DNA from: Hydrolagus colliei
Lineage: Eukaryota
DNA: 64,000 nucleotides
NCBI GenBank assembly: GCA_035084275.1
Contig: CM068757.1
Coordinates: 4,960,001 to 5,024,000 of the forward strand
Direction of reading: 5' to 3'
This document shows positions 24,801-37,695 of the stretch, piece after piece (position 1 is the first letter of the stretch; each line of letters opens with the position of its first letter). The notes under the pieces are model-generated. The model made no database searches and was not told the origin of the DNA. It saw only the letters and a program-made list of their open reading frames with translations. A program made the position numbers and the translations under genes.

Positions 24801-25779
24801 GTTATTTTCTCCGCAAGGTAAAAATGATGCTTATCCTTCAAATTCTCTTTTCCTCTCTCTCTGCTTTCAAAGCAAATTGGCACCCACATTGCTGATACTC
24901 ATTAGTATGGAAGCAATACCATGCAAGTGCCAGGGGACATTTACTATGCTGGCATCTGATGCGTGGAAGTAGCTTGGTGTACCAAAATAAGAACGGATCA
25001 GAACTTGAACAGAGAACTGGCAGAACAATCTGTGTGTTAATTATTGTTTGATAAGATGCTATGAAAATGCAATTCTTTCATGGATTTTGTCCGTGATTCA
25101 TTGTGAAAAAATGTGAGTTGACGGTGCTTGCACACAATATATAGAATTAAAATCCAGTTGTTTTGCAATAAGTTTAAAACAAGTGATGGATAGCAGGAGA
25201 TAGTACATTTCCACCATTGGGTTTTCTCTCCTCCGCCCTCGGTTGACAGATAAAAGCATTATATACTGCACCAAACATAATTAGTAATCTCAACCCTTTA
25301 TAGAACTATATTTTATATGTTCAAAGACCAAAAGCAATGAGTTGCATGAACATGATTTAATGTTTAATGGCTATCCACAGCCATGCTCTGTTTGAAGAGT
25401 TCATTTCAAGATTCACTTAAGTTTCTATCAGGGTTGTACACACGGAATATCTTCCTGGTTGCAGCACATACTTTCAGTTATACTAAAGGACAGCGATAAC
25501 TCACTCGTGGCCACACTCGATCATGAGTTATTGGTTTTTCACTCAGGTAAAAGAACAGCCATAACTCACCAGCCTCTAGATCTTCAAAGTCTAGCTAAGC
25601 AGTATTAAAGCACTGAATTGCCATTTATCGATTACAATTAGAGTGATTATTAACTGCATTATCTAGCTAAGCAAATCTAACAATGAAGGATTGGGCTGTA
25701 AAAAATTCTCAGAGGAGAGGCGGGCACAGGAGAGGCAGATAGAGAACTGGCGGGAGGGGGGTTGGGGGGGTTGGGTGTT

Positions 25780-25940
25780 GGAAGATGATACATTGCTCCA
25801 GGAGAGGGGTATAATTAATAACTTGAACAGGTGGATCAGGCTAGGATACTGTACTGGTTCACCAAAACCATTTAATGTTGTACTGTAAAGGTTGGAATTC
25901 TGGAAGGATGGGATTAAATGGGTTGAAGGGTCTTCTTTAT
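25780..25940 (+). mobile_element. Degenerate CR1 3' end
   Basis: gatacattgctccaggagaggggtata...aggtggat...aaatgggttgaagggtcttct resembles the CR1 3' UTR at 34745. Confidence 0.45.
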
Positions 25941-25969
25941 CCAAACCTCTCGTGATCAACTTGAAGTCA

Positions 25970-26112
25970 GCGTGCTGTGCGCAATTCACTGCCACGATTC
26001 GGCCACAAAATATAGTCAATTAACCTTACAGCATATTCTGTGAAGCGATTTGAGACGTCTTGAAGATGTCATGCGGTGGCAACTGTATCAAATGCAAGGA
26101 TTATTATTATTT
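25970..26112 (+). mobile_element. Deu-domain SINE 3' fragment
   Basis: tgctgtgcgcaattcactgcc...tattctgtgaagcgatttgagacgtct...tcaaatgcaaggattattatt. Confidence 0.85.
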
Positions 26113-29100
26113 ATCTGCAGTAGGACTTAACAGAACACATAGCAAAATAACACTGAGCAAAAAAGATTGATTATAACAGGGCATTCAATATGAATCAAAT
26201 GGGCTGAAGGGACTTCTTTTGAAATGTTTTATTGCTTCATGTTTTTTTTAAAAAAAATTGTAAATATATTACCCTGCAATAATTTGCTGCCTGAATGGGA
26301 CATTCTCCCTGCGCCAGCGCGGGCTGTGTTTACACACAGATCCAGTTTTGCCTTTGTCTATATGTTATTTCTATGCTACTCTGGGATAATTGTTCCTTTG
26401 AACACATCCATCAAATTAATTCCACAGGTCCACATCAAAGATATATGTTATTTTAGGTATTACACACACTTTTTGTAATGTAGTGTATTTTGATTAGGAT
26501 GCTCTTGGACACGTGTACTATTTATTATAGTATTAACTTACAGCGTTTGGGAGTCATTTTGATCAGCAATCAAAGCTGTTGCATGTGCTGAGTTTTCGGT
26601 TTAGCAATTGATTTCAAGAGCACTCAAGGAGAATAAACGGTGGATTGTGCAAAATTATATCGATTGAAAAGTTACTCAACATGGGAACCCTTGTTCTTTA
26701 TCAGGATTCTGCTCAGCACGACTGCAGGGAGAAAAACACAGACAAATGTTGCATGAAGGAAAAGAAAATTAAGAGAACAATATAAGTAAAAAAAAGTGAA
26801 TAAAATAACAACATTAAAGTTGTTTACTGTTGTAGCTAATATGAACAATAAATATCAGATGATGATGAATTAAGCAGGAGAATCAGTGCAGCAAATGATA
26901 AAACATTTTTTAAAAAAAGGAAAGGAATATATATGAGATCGGGTGAGATAACGTAGATGCCAAAGCTATAGTAAAATTGGGAAATCAAATTCTTATGAGA
27001 GCAAGTTTTCTAAGTGTTTTATAATCCCATATTTCAAACAGTATCTGTAAAACAGTAAAATACTGTATGCCAAACACAATATCATTTAAAAATATTGTTA
27101 TAGCGCCTTATCACGTCGTTGAGATGTCTGGTAAAGTGTCTCCAATGTGTTCTGTCTTCACAAGCTTATCTGATGGTGCTCTGAACATGATCTTTTCAAA
27201 TCTGGGCCTTGGGTTTGAAGTGAGCTTAAGGGTGAAAGCTGACATTTTGTTTACATCAAAAGAGTTGATCTCATCCTTCCAGAGGTCAACAAATTACTCT
27301 ACAAGGCTGTTTCTCACTAACTGGTATTTTGCAGGCATTTGTCGACTGCACTCTGCAGTAAATCCCATGAAGCACTTTCAGACATCCCCCCAACATCCCA
27401 CAGTAGATTAAATTCAAGATCCTACACCACATTTTCAAATCCTTGTATCCGTTTCAGAGAATGTGTGTGTGTTTTTTTTAAAAAAGGCAACGTTTTAATC
27501 CATTTGTTTCATTTAAAATAAAGTCTGTTCTATTTCTCCAGTGCATAGAACAGTGAAAATCCTGTCAGACTGATTTAGAAGGTTTTTTGCAAACACAAGG
27601 GACATGATGTGAGTACTGATTTATAACAAGTTGTTGCAGCTTCAATGCTACAAAGTCATTTTTTGGACCTATCAACAAGTTTGCGAGATGCCATGAAGTG
27701 CTGCTTATTTGGTTTTACGTCAGGGAGGAACTAGTGCTGAGATTTGAATGAATGATCCTTTGACGAAATGTCGAACGTTTCCAAATACTCATGTTGTCAA
27801 AACAAAGTGCACAGGAAAGTGTTTAACATTCAAGAGAATTTTGCTTTGTCATTCAGTCGGTTTTGTTTCTCTCTCATGTTTGGTGCGAGAATCTTTAGCT
27901 CAAATGAAATAAATTACAACAGCACTGCTAAAACAGCAGATATTTTTTTATCAATGGTTAATTTAAACTATCCATTTATACTTGCACAGATATCCTGGTC
28001 TGAACCGATTATGTTTCCTGCATGAAGTAGATTCAGTGTGAAAAATGAATACAAGAATGGGATGAAAATCTGCTATTGCAGACTGTTTGAAAGTGCCTTT
28101 GTGCCTTTGTGGCTGTGCCCCATAAATATAAAAGGCTTTTCATCTTATAACTAACATCCTCTCCTTGGCTGTTGTCCCCACCTGTCTCTCTCCTCACAAC
28201 AAGTTTGATTTATATTGATTTGGATATTATTAAACATTGTATTGTGATATATCCACAATTATACAATTATGGATGGAATAATGATGAATTTATGCACTGC
28301 AGATCAATATGGAACATGAACACTGGTGTAAATAGGAGCAGCAGCAGATTTCACACAATGTGAAATGGTTACCAGAGAATGGGAAACAGAGTAAGTTGTC
28401 AACAGCCTTGAAATGATCTCAGATGCTGTGACACAGACATACACTTCTGAGGATCGATTGGATATTGCCTTAAACAGATATGCATGAAAGAGAATTGTGC
28501 TATGTGTAAATGGCTATTAATAGTTCTCAGTGACTGTTCTAGATTAGCAACAAAATAGGAGGCTTGATTTGCAGAAGATAATCAAGTGGATTCAGCATAG
28601 CTCATGATACATTGTACAGTTATACTAGGTTTGTTTTTAATTATGCTTTTGAAAAAACACACGTTTTGTTTGTTGGAATCCGAGAAGTAATTATATAATT
28701 GTATGTACAGTAATTGGACTGTATAATTTAAAATCCCAGGTCTGTTTGTATTGGCTGTTGATAATACCCTCTCTGCCTTTGTAGCTGTTTTTCTTAAAAT
28801 AAGTAAAAAAAATGTTTTGAAAGACTTCACTCCTATTGGAGACATGAGGACTCATCTGGTTCAATGATTCTTATCCTGCAAATATAATGTATTGATGTGG
28901 AACTAAGGACAAAACGATTTGACATTTTAGAGCTGCCTGTGCTGTCACAGAGAAGCTTGTGTGACCTTGTGCGACGAGTCACTTTAGACTCGGGCTAAAC
29001 ACGTCGTGACCTCTGTGCAGCTGCCTGCTGAGTGTAGCTCACCGACCTGTGACCAGGTGAGGAGGCCACCGCTTCAAGGGTGGGATGACGCATTCAGTGG

Positions 29101-30120
29101 GAGAGGAACGAAGGCAAAAACAGATAGCAATCACCTCTGGAATGTCTGCCCCAGTGCAATTCCGATTCCGTTAAGGAACAATAACATTGTTTTTTCAGCA
29201 ACTCAAAGACTCACAAAACATTCAGACACTCACTTAATCATCAGAATAGAGTTAAGTTAAAATTAGAAGAGAACACAAGTTGAGATGTTTGAGACCATCA
29301 CCACTCTTCTTGAAAGGTAGAGACACTATCTCTTGGAAGGACTGTAAAAGAGAGGGAAGATGAATATCCTGAATGGAGCAGAGAAGCTTCGACATTATTT
29401 GTTGAGGAAGTTCTTGATGGAGGAACTTTCGGTCCCATCATCTCATTGTGGAATGTATTGAGAGTCAATGGTTAATGGCACACCTGACAAAAAGACGAAT
29501 GTGGTGCTGCAGCCTTGTGCATTTGTAACTTACACGGCTGTTGGAAAAAAGGATCACCTTTGTGCTATAAATCCTTGCCGTCAAATCTCATGAGATTGTC
29601 TCCTGGTGTTAGGAGAATGAAGGTGACATATTTATAATTCTCCAAAGTAGAGTGCTTTCAGTTCTAGTAAAATATACAGGGTGAGTTATTCTTGCATCAA
29701 GTGTTGCAACTTGAACATTCGGGGATTTATTATGTGCCGGGTGTAAATGCACATGTTACTGCATGTGAGTTGATGCATGCAAACAGCACACACGACGTGC
29801 AAATGTTTATCCGCAGAGGGAATTGTAGATCATTAAGCAATTGACTAGTCATGAAAATGATCAGCATGAAAAAAAACACGCAAGGGCGCCACTCCTTACC
29901 TATGAAAACAGTCTGATCATGTGAAGAATGTGAAATAGGAAGAGAAGGAAACTATCCGTTTGAACAGAAAGCAAAAACACAATGCGTTTTAATTCAAAAC
30001 AATTGGGGGGCAAAAAAGCTGATTGTTAACAACCCTATTTGCATTGCCAGCTGAATAGATAAGAGTGTGGGGACCACATCTGTGGGCAAAAGTGCAACAG
30101 CAAGGGGGCAGCAGTGATTG

Positions 30121-30472
30121 AATAATAATAACTCTTTGATTTAATACCTTTATCACTTATCGACACGTCTCAAAGTGCTTCAAAGCATATACTGTACTGT
30201 AAAGTGAATTGACTGTATATTTTGTTGATGAAATGCAGCAACCAATTGCGCACAGCAGTGTCCAACAAATTGAATTGAGTGACAAAGTTAATATTTGTCT
30301 TTGAAGGGACTATTATCCCCAGAAAAGCAATCCGCCATTCGACTAACAACCATGTTCTTACCTACTGTTAGATAAACAGAGGTGTGTGGAATAAGGAAAG
30401 TTGCCTAAGGTTTTGCCCCTCCCAGGCATCAAACCGTTTGCTGAGCGAGTTCTCTAACCAATGTACTATAGG
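30121..30472 (-). mobile_element. Near full-length tRNA-headed Deu-domain SINE
   Basis: (aat)n tail, core, body and reversed head (ctctaacca), colinear with 34369-34744. Confidence 0.9.
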
Positions 30473-31254
30473 TTGATAGAAAACAAAACAAACAAAAAAA
30501 ATTACTGGAGGATTTGGTCCAGTGAAAACCTGGTAATACTAATTGATATCATCAATTCTGAAAGACACCAAATGTATCCCAGACATAACAGCCATCAGAA
30601 CTAATGTGACAATTGGAAGAAATTGACATGTATTTCAAGCTTTTAACCTCATTGTACAGTTTATTGACCTTATTTTGCTTTGCCAATGGTTTCTATGAGA
30701 TTGTATCTGCTGGGCGGTTCGATGATTAATGAAAGTTTGCGGCTGAGTGAGTGTGGAGAGTCTCCTCCCCATTTGCCTATTATATTAATCCTTACGAATG
30801 ATGCAGGTCTGTGAGCCGAATATGGAACAGCTTTATCAGCCTCACACAATATTGCACTGTAATATTTTAACCAAACGTATGCTGCGGTGATACCAATAAA
30901 CAATACCGAAGGTCACAAATATTGATTAAGACTGACTTAAGAAATAGCAACACAAAAAATAATCATCATGTTTTTTTGACTGTCTTACATTGCAAACAGT
31001 GCAGTTCCAATGGGCCAAGTATTTATTGCCTTGAAGAAGGACTAAACATTTGATTGAAGTCTCTGTCAAGGGAGCTCCAGGTGCTTAAAAACAGGAATTA
31101 TGTTTAAAAAAACCTTGATAGCACTCTTGTATTTCACAAGGCTTCAAAATCCCAGTCAAATATAGTGACTGTTTATTTGTGAATTAATGTGAACTTCTGT
31201 TCAGATAATATTCCTTGCTCTTGATCTAACACCTTCTTGTCAAAATGTCTCACG

Positions 31255-31362
31255 GAATTTTGCTGTGTAGTGCAGGAACTGTGTATTTGTCGGAGAGCAA
31301 GGCAGACAATTTGCGCACAGTGACGTCCCACAAACAGCCTTGAGATAAATGACCAATTTCAT
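31255..31362 (-). mobile_element. SINE core fragment
   Basis: ggcagacaatttgcgcacagtgacgtcccacaaacagc...aaatgaccaattt. Confidence 0.7.
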
Positions 31363-31957
31363 TTCATGCGGGAAAACTGCAAGTGAAGAAACCACAGTGA
31401 GATAGTCTTTGGGGCTTTTGTAATTGACGACGTCAGACGCCACCGTTTCACTGGTACATTATTTTGCAAAATACAATGGGTGGACCAAGATTAGTGGATG
31501 CTTCGTACAAGCACTTGTGAATAATTTCACGTTAAAACAAAAGCTGGTGGCTTTCAAAATAGGCTTGACTTATTCATTCAGATGAAATGTTTTGGCTTTG
31601 CTGATATGTGGTGAATACAATAGATTCTAATGTTCATTACATTTAAACTCAACAGCAATTTAAACTCAATAGCAATCGAAAATTTATTCTTGTGCTTGAA
31701 AACGTTATAGTGTCGTTCAAGTCGACAGTCAACTTTTGCATCTTGAAAATTGGAAGGTTTCATTTTGCCCCAGTGAAGAAATCGGAGCATTTGGTACATT
31801 AATTGCGTTTATGTAACATTTATCACATGTAAAAAAACAGTCTCAAAGTACTTTACAATTATAGTGGTGGCCATGGAGACATTGTAAAGGCATGTAATGA
31901 TATTGATTGCAAGTACTGTTTGTAGGATATATGTTTTTAGGAAGGATTGTTTGAAGG

Positions 31958-32170
31958 CAACAACAAAACAAACAAAACAACATTTATTTTGTCTTATTTG
32001 TCTTATTTTGTCTTGGCCTTTCAGATATGGAGGACGTCCCACAGTGCTAAATAAGATATAGTAAGAAAATATATACTAAGAAACGTCTTGGAGGAGTTCC
32101 ATGGGATAGGGACATGCTTATCCAAGGCCTGCCCTCCAATGGGGAAGCAAAGTGAATGGAGTATGAACAG
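31958..32170 (-). mobile_element. Degenerate L2 3' end
   Basis: caacaacaaaac tail, gcctttcagatatggaggacgtcccacagtgct, then gagttccatgggataggg...aaggcctgccctccaatgggg. Confidence 0.6.
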
Positions 32171-32954
32171 ATATCCTGCACTATAGAGAAACAGATACAG
32201 TACAGTATTGACTTTGATACTTTGCTCTTCCAGATCCTGAACTCAAACAAGTCAACTGTGAAGTGGATGAATTAGAAGAAAGGCAGAGAGGCAAGTCAGA
32301 AGGCCCAAGGCCTTTCCAGGGGTGCTTCATTTAACACCAGAAGGGCTGACAGAAACTTGGAAACAGTGCGCCTGTCTGTTTTATCATTCAATGAACAGTG
32401 CAAGGTGGAGAACAGGAATTTAAGAAAGGAAAGAAAGCAATTTTTAAAAAGGATGGGAAAATATGAAAGGTTAATATGCTGTCCTCTCTAAATTGATCAG
32501 AAATTCAGCAGCAGAGTTGTATCTACTTACTTTGAAAACGCTTCAGCTTAGAAATGTTTCACGCATTCCAGAAATTACAATGAATTTAAAAGATGTAATA
32601 AAGTTCCAAGGATATGATTGGGAAAACGTATAATGGCATTACAGTATTTTTATACTTTCCCTTTTTTCAGAAACTTAGAAAGAATTTTTCATGTCAGCTA
32701 TTGCTCACTGAAGTCCGAACTGTAAAGGACAAAAAATAATTGATTAGCTGTTTAGCAGTAGCTTGTGCCTCTGATTTAAGGAAGTGCCTCTGTCAACTTG
32801 TCACCATGATTTTTATTGAGTGTTGTTGCATCAGAAGGCACTGTGTTCTACAGGGTATGCAGAAGTTAACTCTTTATCCCTTTACTAGCAGGGCAGCAAC
32901 TTCTATCTTTAAGGTCAAAGTTTCTGTGCCCTGTGATAATGAAAAACCTACGAC

Positions 32955-33020
32955 TACAACAACAAACAAAATTACATTTATAGAGCGCCTTTCACGTCGG
33001 GAGGACGTCCCAAGGCGCTG
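32955..33020 (-). mobile_element. L2 3' tail (hairpin-only, near-consensus copy)
   Basis: aacaacaaacaaaattacatttatagagcgcctttcacgtcgggaggacgtcccaaggcgctg. Confidence 0.9.
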
Positions 33021-33289
33021 AGCAATAAAGCAATAAAGCAACTTAAACCTTAAAAAATCAGGGCAGCTTTTGTCATTGCAGTATTATCCCTGAATTTCTA
33101 AAACAAATTAAAAAGAACCATTTATATTTTCTTAAAATTGCAGTTTAAACCTGTTCTCTTCCATCTACTTTCTCTCCTCTCTACTATTTATCCTCCCTTT
33201 TTCATTTAAATTCAATCTTTTCCATTTTTCCCCTATTCTTTTTCTGCCTATTTAGAATAAAAAAAAGTTTTTAGAGTTTTTTTTCACTT

Positions 33290-33650
33290 AATGAGCTAGT
33301 GGGCCGAGCACTCCCTGTGGTGAAGCAGGAAATCGTTACATATCAGAAGTTTACAGGTTTAAAATCCAGTTCTGTGATGAGTTAGTCTTTCTCAGTTGGG
33401 ACACCACAGTTAACCTGAGCAATGAGAAGGTTGGTACATAATCATTGGAGAATTTGCACATAATGGGTTGTGGAAAGGGCAATTATCCAGAACTCTGGCT
33501 TCCTGAGTGCTGTATGTAATTGATTGCTGCAATTCTCCACAAAATCCACAGTCCACCACTTCAAGATATATTCTGTGCAACACTTTGAGATGTCTCAACG
33601 ACATGACAAGGCACAATATGCAATGGAAGCATTAATATTAGTATTATTAC
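33290..33650 (+). mobile_element. Old tRNA-SINE-like element with SINE-type tail
   Basis: B-box-like ggtttaaaatcc then tctgtgatgagttag. The 3' part gctgtatgtaattgattgctgc...tattctgtgcaacactttgagatgtct matches the SINE tail. May be two adjacent elements. Confidence 0.55.
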
Positions 33651-34368
33651 TGCTACCAAGGATCACTGTTTTAATGATTCTGTGTGTGGATATTGAGTGA
33701 TGATGGGAATCAGACCCAACTGTGATGCCTTTTCCTGCAAGTAACCTGCCAATGCCATGGATCACAAGGTAAGCCACTTGGCACCTGTGGATCTCCACTA
33801 AAGGGGAGGAAAAAGAAACCGAAAGACGCTTGGAGGAGGAGAGTAGATGACAAATTGGAATGTTTTCTTTTTTCTTTTAGCTTTTGTAGAAGCCGAGAAC
33901 AAGTTTCTTTGGAAAGTTATGATCCTTTGGCTCAAAAATGGCTTTCGAGGCTTATTTTTTTGTTGCAACTGACGAAAACCAGAAGTGGCGGGGTCATGTC
34001 ACTGTGTACAGCCAAGCGCAGGTTGAGTTTCTGTCACATTGGAGACGTTATCATGGTATTGTGAATTTAAATAGATTTTAAAATCAATGCTTTGGGAAGA
34101 ACTGCTGTGGGGATGGTGCATAGTTTCTGATACTTTGTGCTGAGCTGACTTGTAAGTGCTGATAAAATTAATCTATATTAATGTAATATTTAAGAGTGCT
34201 AAAACTTCAGAGAGTTAGCTATTGAAAGAAGCTCCATGACAAATCATTAGAAAAAAACATGCAGTTGTTAAAGCTATAGCAGCCTAGAATTTCTCATTTC
34301 ATTCTTTTCTGATGGGATTTTTAGTGAGCAAAATCTTATGGAGAAACATGAAAGGAGCTTTGCATTGT

Positions 34369-34744
34369 GGAGTCCTGTAGCCCAATGGTTAGAGCAGTCG
34401 CCTCACGAGCGAGAGACCTGGGTTTGATTCCTAGCAGGGTGAAATATTGGTCAAGTATGTACTTCTCCACAACCCACTGTTTATGTAGTAATAGGTGGAA
34501 ACCTGGTTGTTAGTCAATTAGCGGATCGCTTTTCTGGGAGTAATAATTCCTTCAAAAAGTAATAATAACATATTGGTCACCTCAATCCACAACTGTTTGT
34601 GAGACACTGCTGTGCGTGGCTGCTGTGTTTCCTCCACAAAATATACAGTTCTATTCACTTTATAATATATTCTGTGAAGCACTTTGAGATGTCTCGAGAT
34701 GTGATCCAGCGCTTTATCAAATGCAAGGATTATTATTACTATTA
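34369..34744 (+). mobile_element. Full-length tRNA-derived Deu-domain SINE (~375 bp)
   Basis: Pol III A-box tagcccaatgg (34378), B-box ggtttgattcc (34421), core ctgtttgtgagacactgctgtgcg..ggctgc, tail aaatgcaagg(att)n. Confidence 0.92.
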
Positions 34745-34881
34745 AGAGAGGGAGAACAGGTCTATTAGGTTATGGGGAGAGAGCTGGGCAGTGGGATTGA
34801 GTTGCTCTTTTCAAAGAGCTGGCACAGACTAGATGGGCCGAATGGCCTCCTTTTGTGCCGTAAAATTCTATGATTCTATGA
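34745..34881 (+). mobile_element. CR1 LINE 3' UTR with (ATTCTATG)n end
   Basis: ggcacagactagatgggccgaatggcctccttttgtgccgtaaaattctatgattctatga, the characteristic CR1 octamer terminus. Confidence 0.88.
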
Positions 34882-36284
34882 AATGCAAATCCAGGAAATT
34901 TAGCTATTGTTAAAGTAGCACAACATGTGCTCTGTCTTTTCAAACAATAGCATTTTGGTCATATCGAGGTGATGGATGAGAGCTGCTAGCAAAGTTTTTT
35001 TTACGAAAAGCTATGCCATCCATTTTTTCTTTGACTCCCTCGCCTAAGACTTAAAGGTTTTAAAGTGAATATACTGCGATTGATTTTAAAGAACACAGTT
35101 GCCAGCAACTTATTAAGCCACATTCCAAGCTGCAGGAGTTCTGTAAGCTATTTCATTGATTGGAAAAAATCTTACAGTTAAAAATTAGTTGTAGAAAGAG
35201 ACTGTACATTCTTTCAGGAACTGTAGAGGTAGTGGCAGTTTTACATGATATCATACTGCCACATTTCCACCATTAGCTTATTGGAACCAGTTAACGACAA
35301 ATAGATTAAATCTGAAATGTTCAGGAAGAAATGAAAGTGTTCACTGTATAACACAGAAGAGTGTCCAATATGCTGAGTGTTGAGGAACACCCCCAAGGAC
35401 TAGCACCAGACACTGACATTGCTAACTAGGCGCATTCCAATGTGCTGACCCTGTATTGTGGACAAACATTCAATGCTGCCAAACTAAGAAGGGCAAACTT
35501 GACTGACGAGAGCAGTAGTGGGAATGGGAGATTACAACCTTCACATATTTGGAAATGAAGGAACAATGTTTATCTTTCCACATGAACCTGCATACGTTTT
35601 ATCCAGTAACCTGCGACTGGTAAAATGTGTTTACATATAGAATATATGTTTGAGGCACAAGAAACTAGACCTGAAAATCTGATAGTGTACAATCAGCCAA
35701 CGGTTGGTACAGCAGATGGGCTCATTATTGGTGTATTCCAACCATTTCCACTCTTTTCCGATATGCTATCAAGGCTGTTACGTGCAATAACAATCTCTCT
35801 TGGTTTCTGTTGAATGTATCTGATCATGGTTTGTTATTTTTTGTCCTTTTGGCTTGCAGTGCAGGATATTTAAAATGAAGCATCTGTCTTGTTCTGGATG
35901 TTCTGTAACCTAGTTCTATCTGGATTCAATAAATCACTCGTTGATATCCTGTATCTCAGATGATGGAGCTGGTCTTTTGCCTCTTAAGTGCCCACTCCAC
36001 GAGATGAAAGGTTAATGTATCACTAATGTGACTTAGGCTGCATCGCTTTTTTTCTTGCTGTTATTCGAACCTGCGGTTACTTTCTCTTCTGTGGCTTTCA
36101 ATGTGCAACTAACTACCTAACGGTATCGACATTTCAATAGTCAAGTGCATCGACTGGTGATACAGTGCTGACAAATACAATAACAACTGGTATTTTTGTG
36201 ATCAAGGTAAATTGTTGCAAAAAAATGACCTGCTTTCTTCAATACTTGTGCCAGTAAAAGAGGATCTATGTGAGCACTTTTCTT

Positions 36285-36515
36285 CCCAGTTGTCTGTGGG
36301 ACATCGCTACATGCAATTTGGCTGCTGCGTTCACCTGCATAACAACAACTACAGCACCTTGCGTTTATATCATGTCTCTAATACAGAGCAGAGTCCCAGA
36401 GAACTTGAAACGCTTGAAAAGTCAAAACACACAGTCAATGCACTTTGCAATGCATCCTGTGAACACTTTGAGACATGAAAGGATTTATACGAACTGCAAC
36501 AATTACGATTATTAA
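36285..36515 (+). mobile_element. Older Deu-type SINE 3' fragment
   Basis: tgtctgtgggacatcgctacatgcaatttggctgctgcgtt...ctgtgaacactttgagacatgaaagg. Confidence 0.6.
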
Positions 36516-36545
36516 ATGTATTAGTGAAGGTAAGGGACAGATTCT

Positions 36546-36617
36546 ACAACAACAATGCCAACAAAATTACATTTATAGAACGCCTTTCACGTTGGGAAAT
36601 CGTCCCAAGGCTCTGAA
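36546..36617 (-). mobile_element. L2 3' tail (hairpin-only copy)
   Basis: caacaaaattacatttatagaacgcctttcacgttgggaaatcgtcccaaggctctg. Confidence 0.85.
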
Positions 36618-37139
36618 CAATCAGGGGTCGGGACTGTTCTACAGCCTTAAACTGGAACAAGACTGAGCTATGTCAAGTTCTGAAAACGTAGTTTGAGGCC
36701 ATTGCTTCAGGTGCCGCTTTTTCTCAACCTACCAGTTGGAATTATCAATTGGAATTATCAATTACCCTCCAACTATAATTGTCACTATCGGAGGTTACAG
36801 GAACACACTGAAAGGATAAGAGATGACAAAGCTTCCACCAAGCTTCATATAATTGATTTTCCAAACAATTGATTGCTGAAGCTGGATGGCACGCACACAT
36901 AACAATCATTTGGGGAAGAGGTTGATCAGCAAAATAAGTAGAACAACATCAACAAGATAAATAATACAGGAATTTCGAACAATAGCTCAGTTCTACTGTT
37001 CAGTTTGTGGACATACAGAAATAGTTGAGCATAATTTAATTACAACAGGGATAAGGCCAGATTCATACAATTACTGGTACCAGTGGAATGGCTTTGCGCC
37101 CTGCAGTAATTATTTACTTCCCCATCTACATTACATCAC

Positions 37140-37270
37140 TTCATGGCTGTTTGTGAGACGCTGCTTTGAGCGAGTTAACTGCTTTGTTCACCTTTTAACA
37201 CACAATCACTGCATTTTACAGTAATTCCTGTGAAGTGCTGTGAGACAGGCTTGTGACATGAAAGTATCAT
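37140..37270 (+). mobile_element. Older SINE 3' fragment
   Basis: ctgtttgtgagacgctgct...ctgtgaagtgctgtgagac...catgaaag. Confidence 0.55.
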
Positions 37271-37334
37271 CCACAAGTGGCTTTATCATTTTGCCTCTTG
37301 CCTAATTGGAGGTTCATAAATAAAGGCTGTGCCA

Positions 37335-37695
37335 CAACAACATGAACAACTTTGACTTATATTGCGCTCTCCATGCACGGTAGCATCTCAGAGGGTAGTG
37401 GAGCCTGACTCGGAGCCAATGGGGGGGTGCCAGGGTGGGGGTTTGTGTTGGTGGTGGAAGTGGGCCGTAAACACAGTCAAAGTGGAAGGTTTTCGGGACT
37501 TGAGAAGGAGGAGAGAGGGGCCAAGACGGAGGGAATGAAGGAGAATGCTCTAGAGTGTCTGGGAGTAGTGATTGAAAATGGTGGGGTGAAGGGTGCGATG
37601 GATGAGTAGGAGGCCGGTGCCAGTCGAGCGGAGGGTTGTAGAAAGGGGAGTGAGGAGGTCAGAGAGGTAGGGAGGTGCCTGAGAGTGAAGGGAAG
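37335..37695 (-). mobile_element. Diverged L2 3' end
   Basis: acaacaac tail followed by a purine-rich UTR/ORF2 end (aaggaggagagagggg...agagaggtagggagg). Confidence 0.6.

Noticed and set aside
34369-34440. tRNA-like sequence with A and B boxes
   Set aside because: It is the head of a SINE and continues into the SINE body and tail. It is not a tRNA gene.
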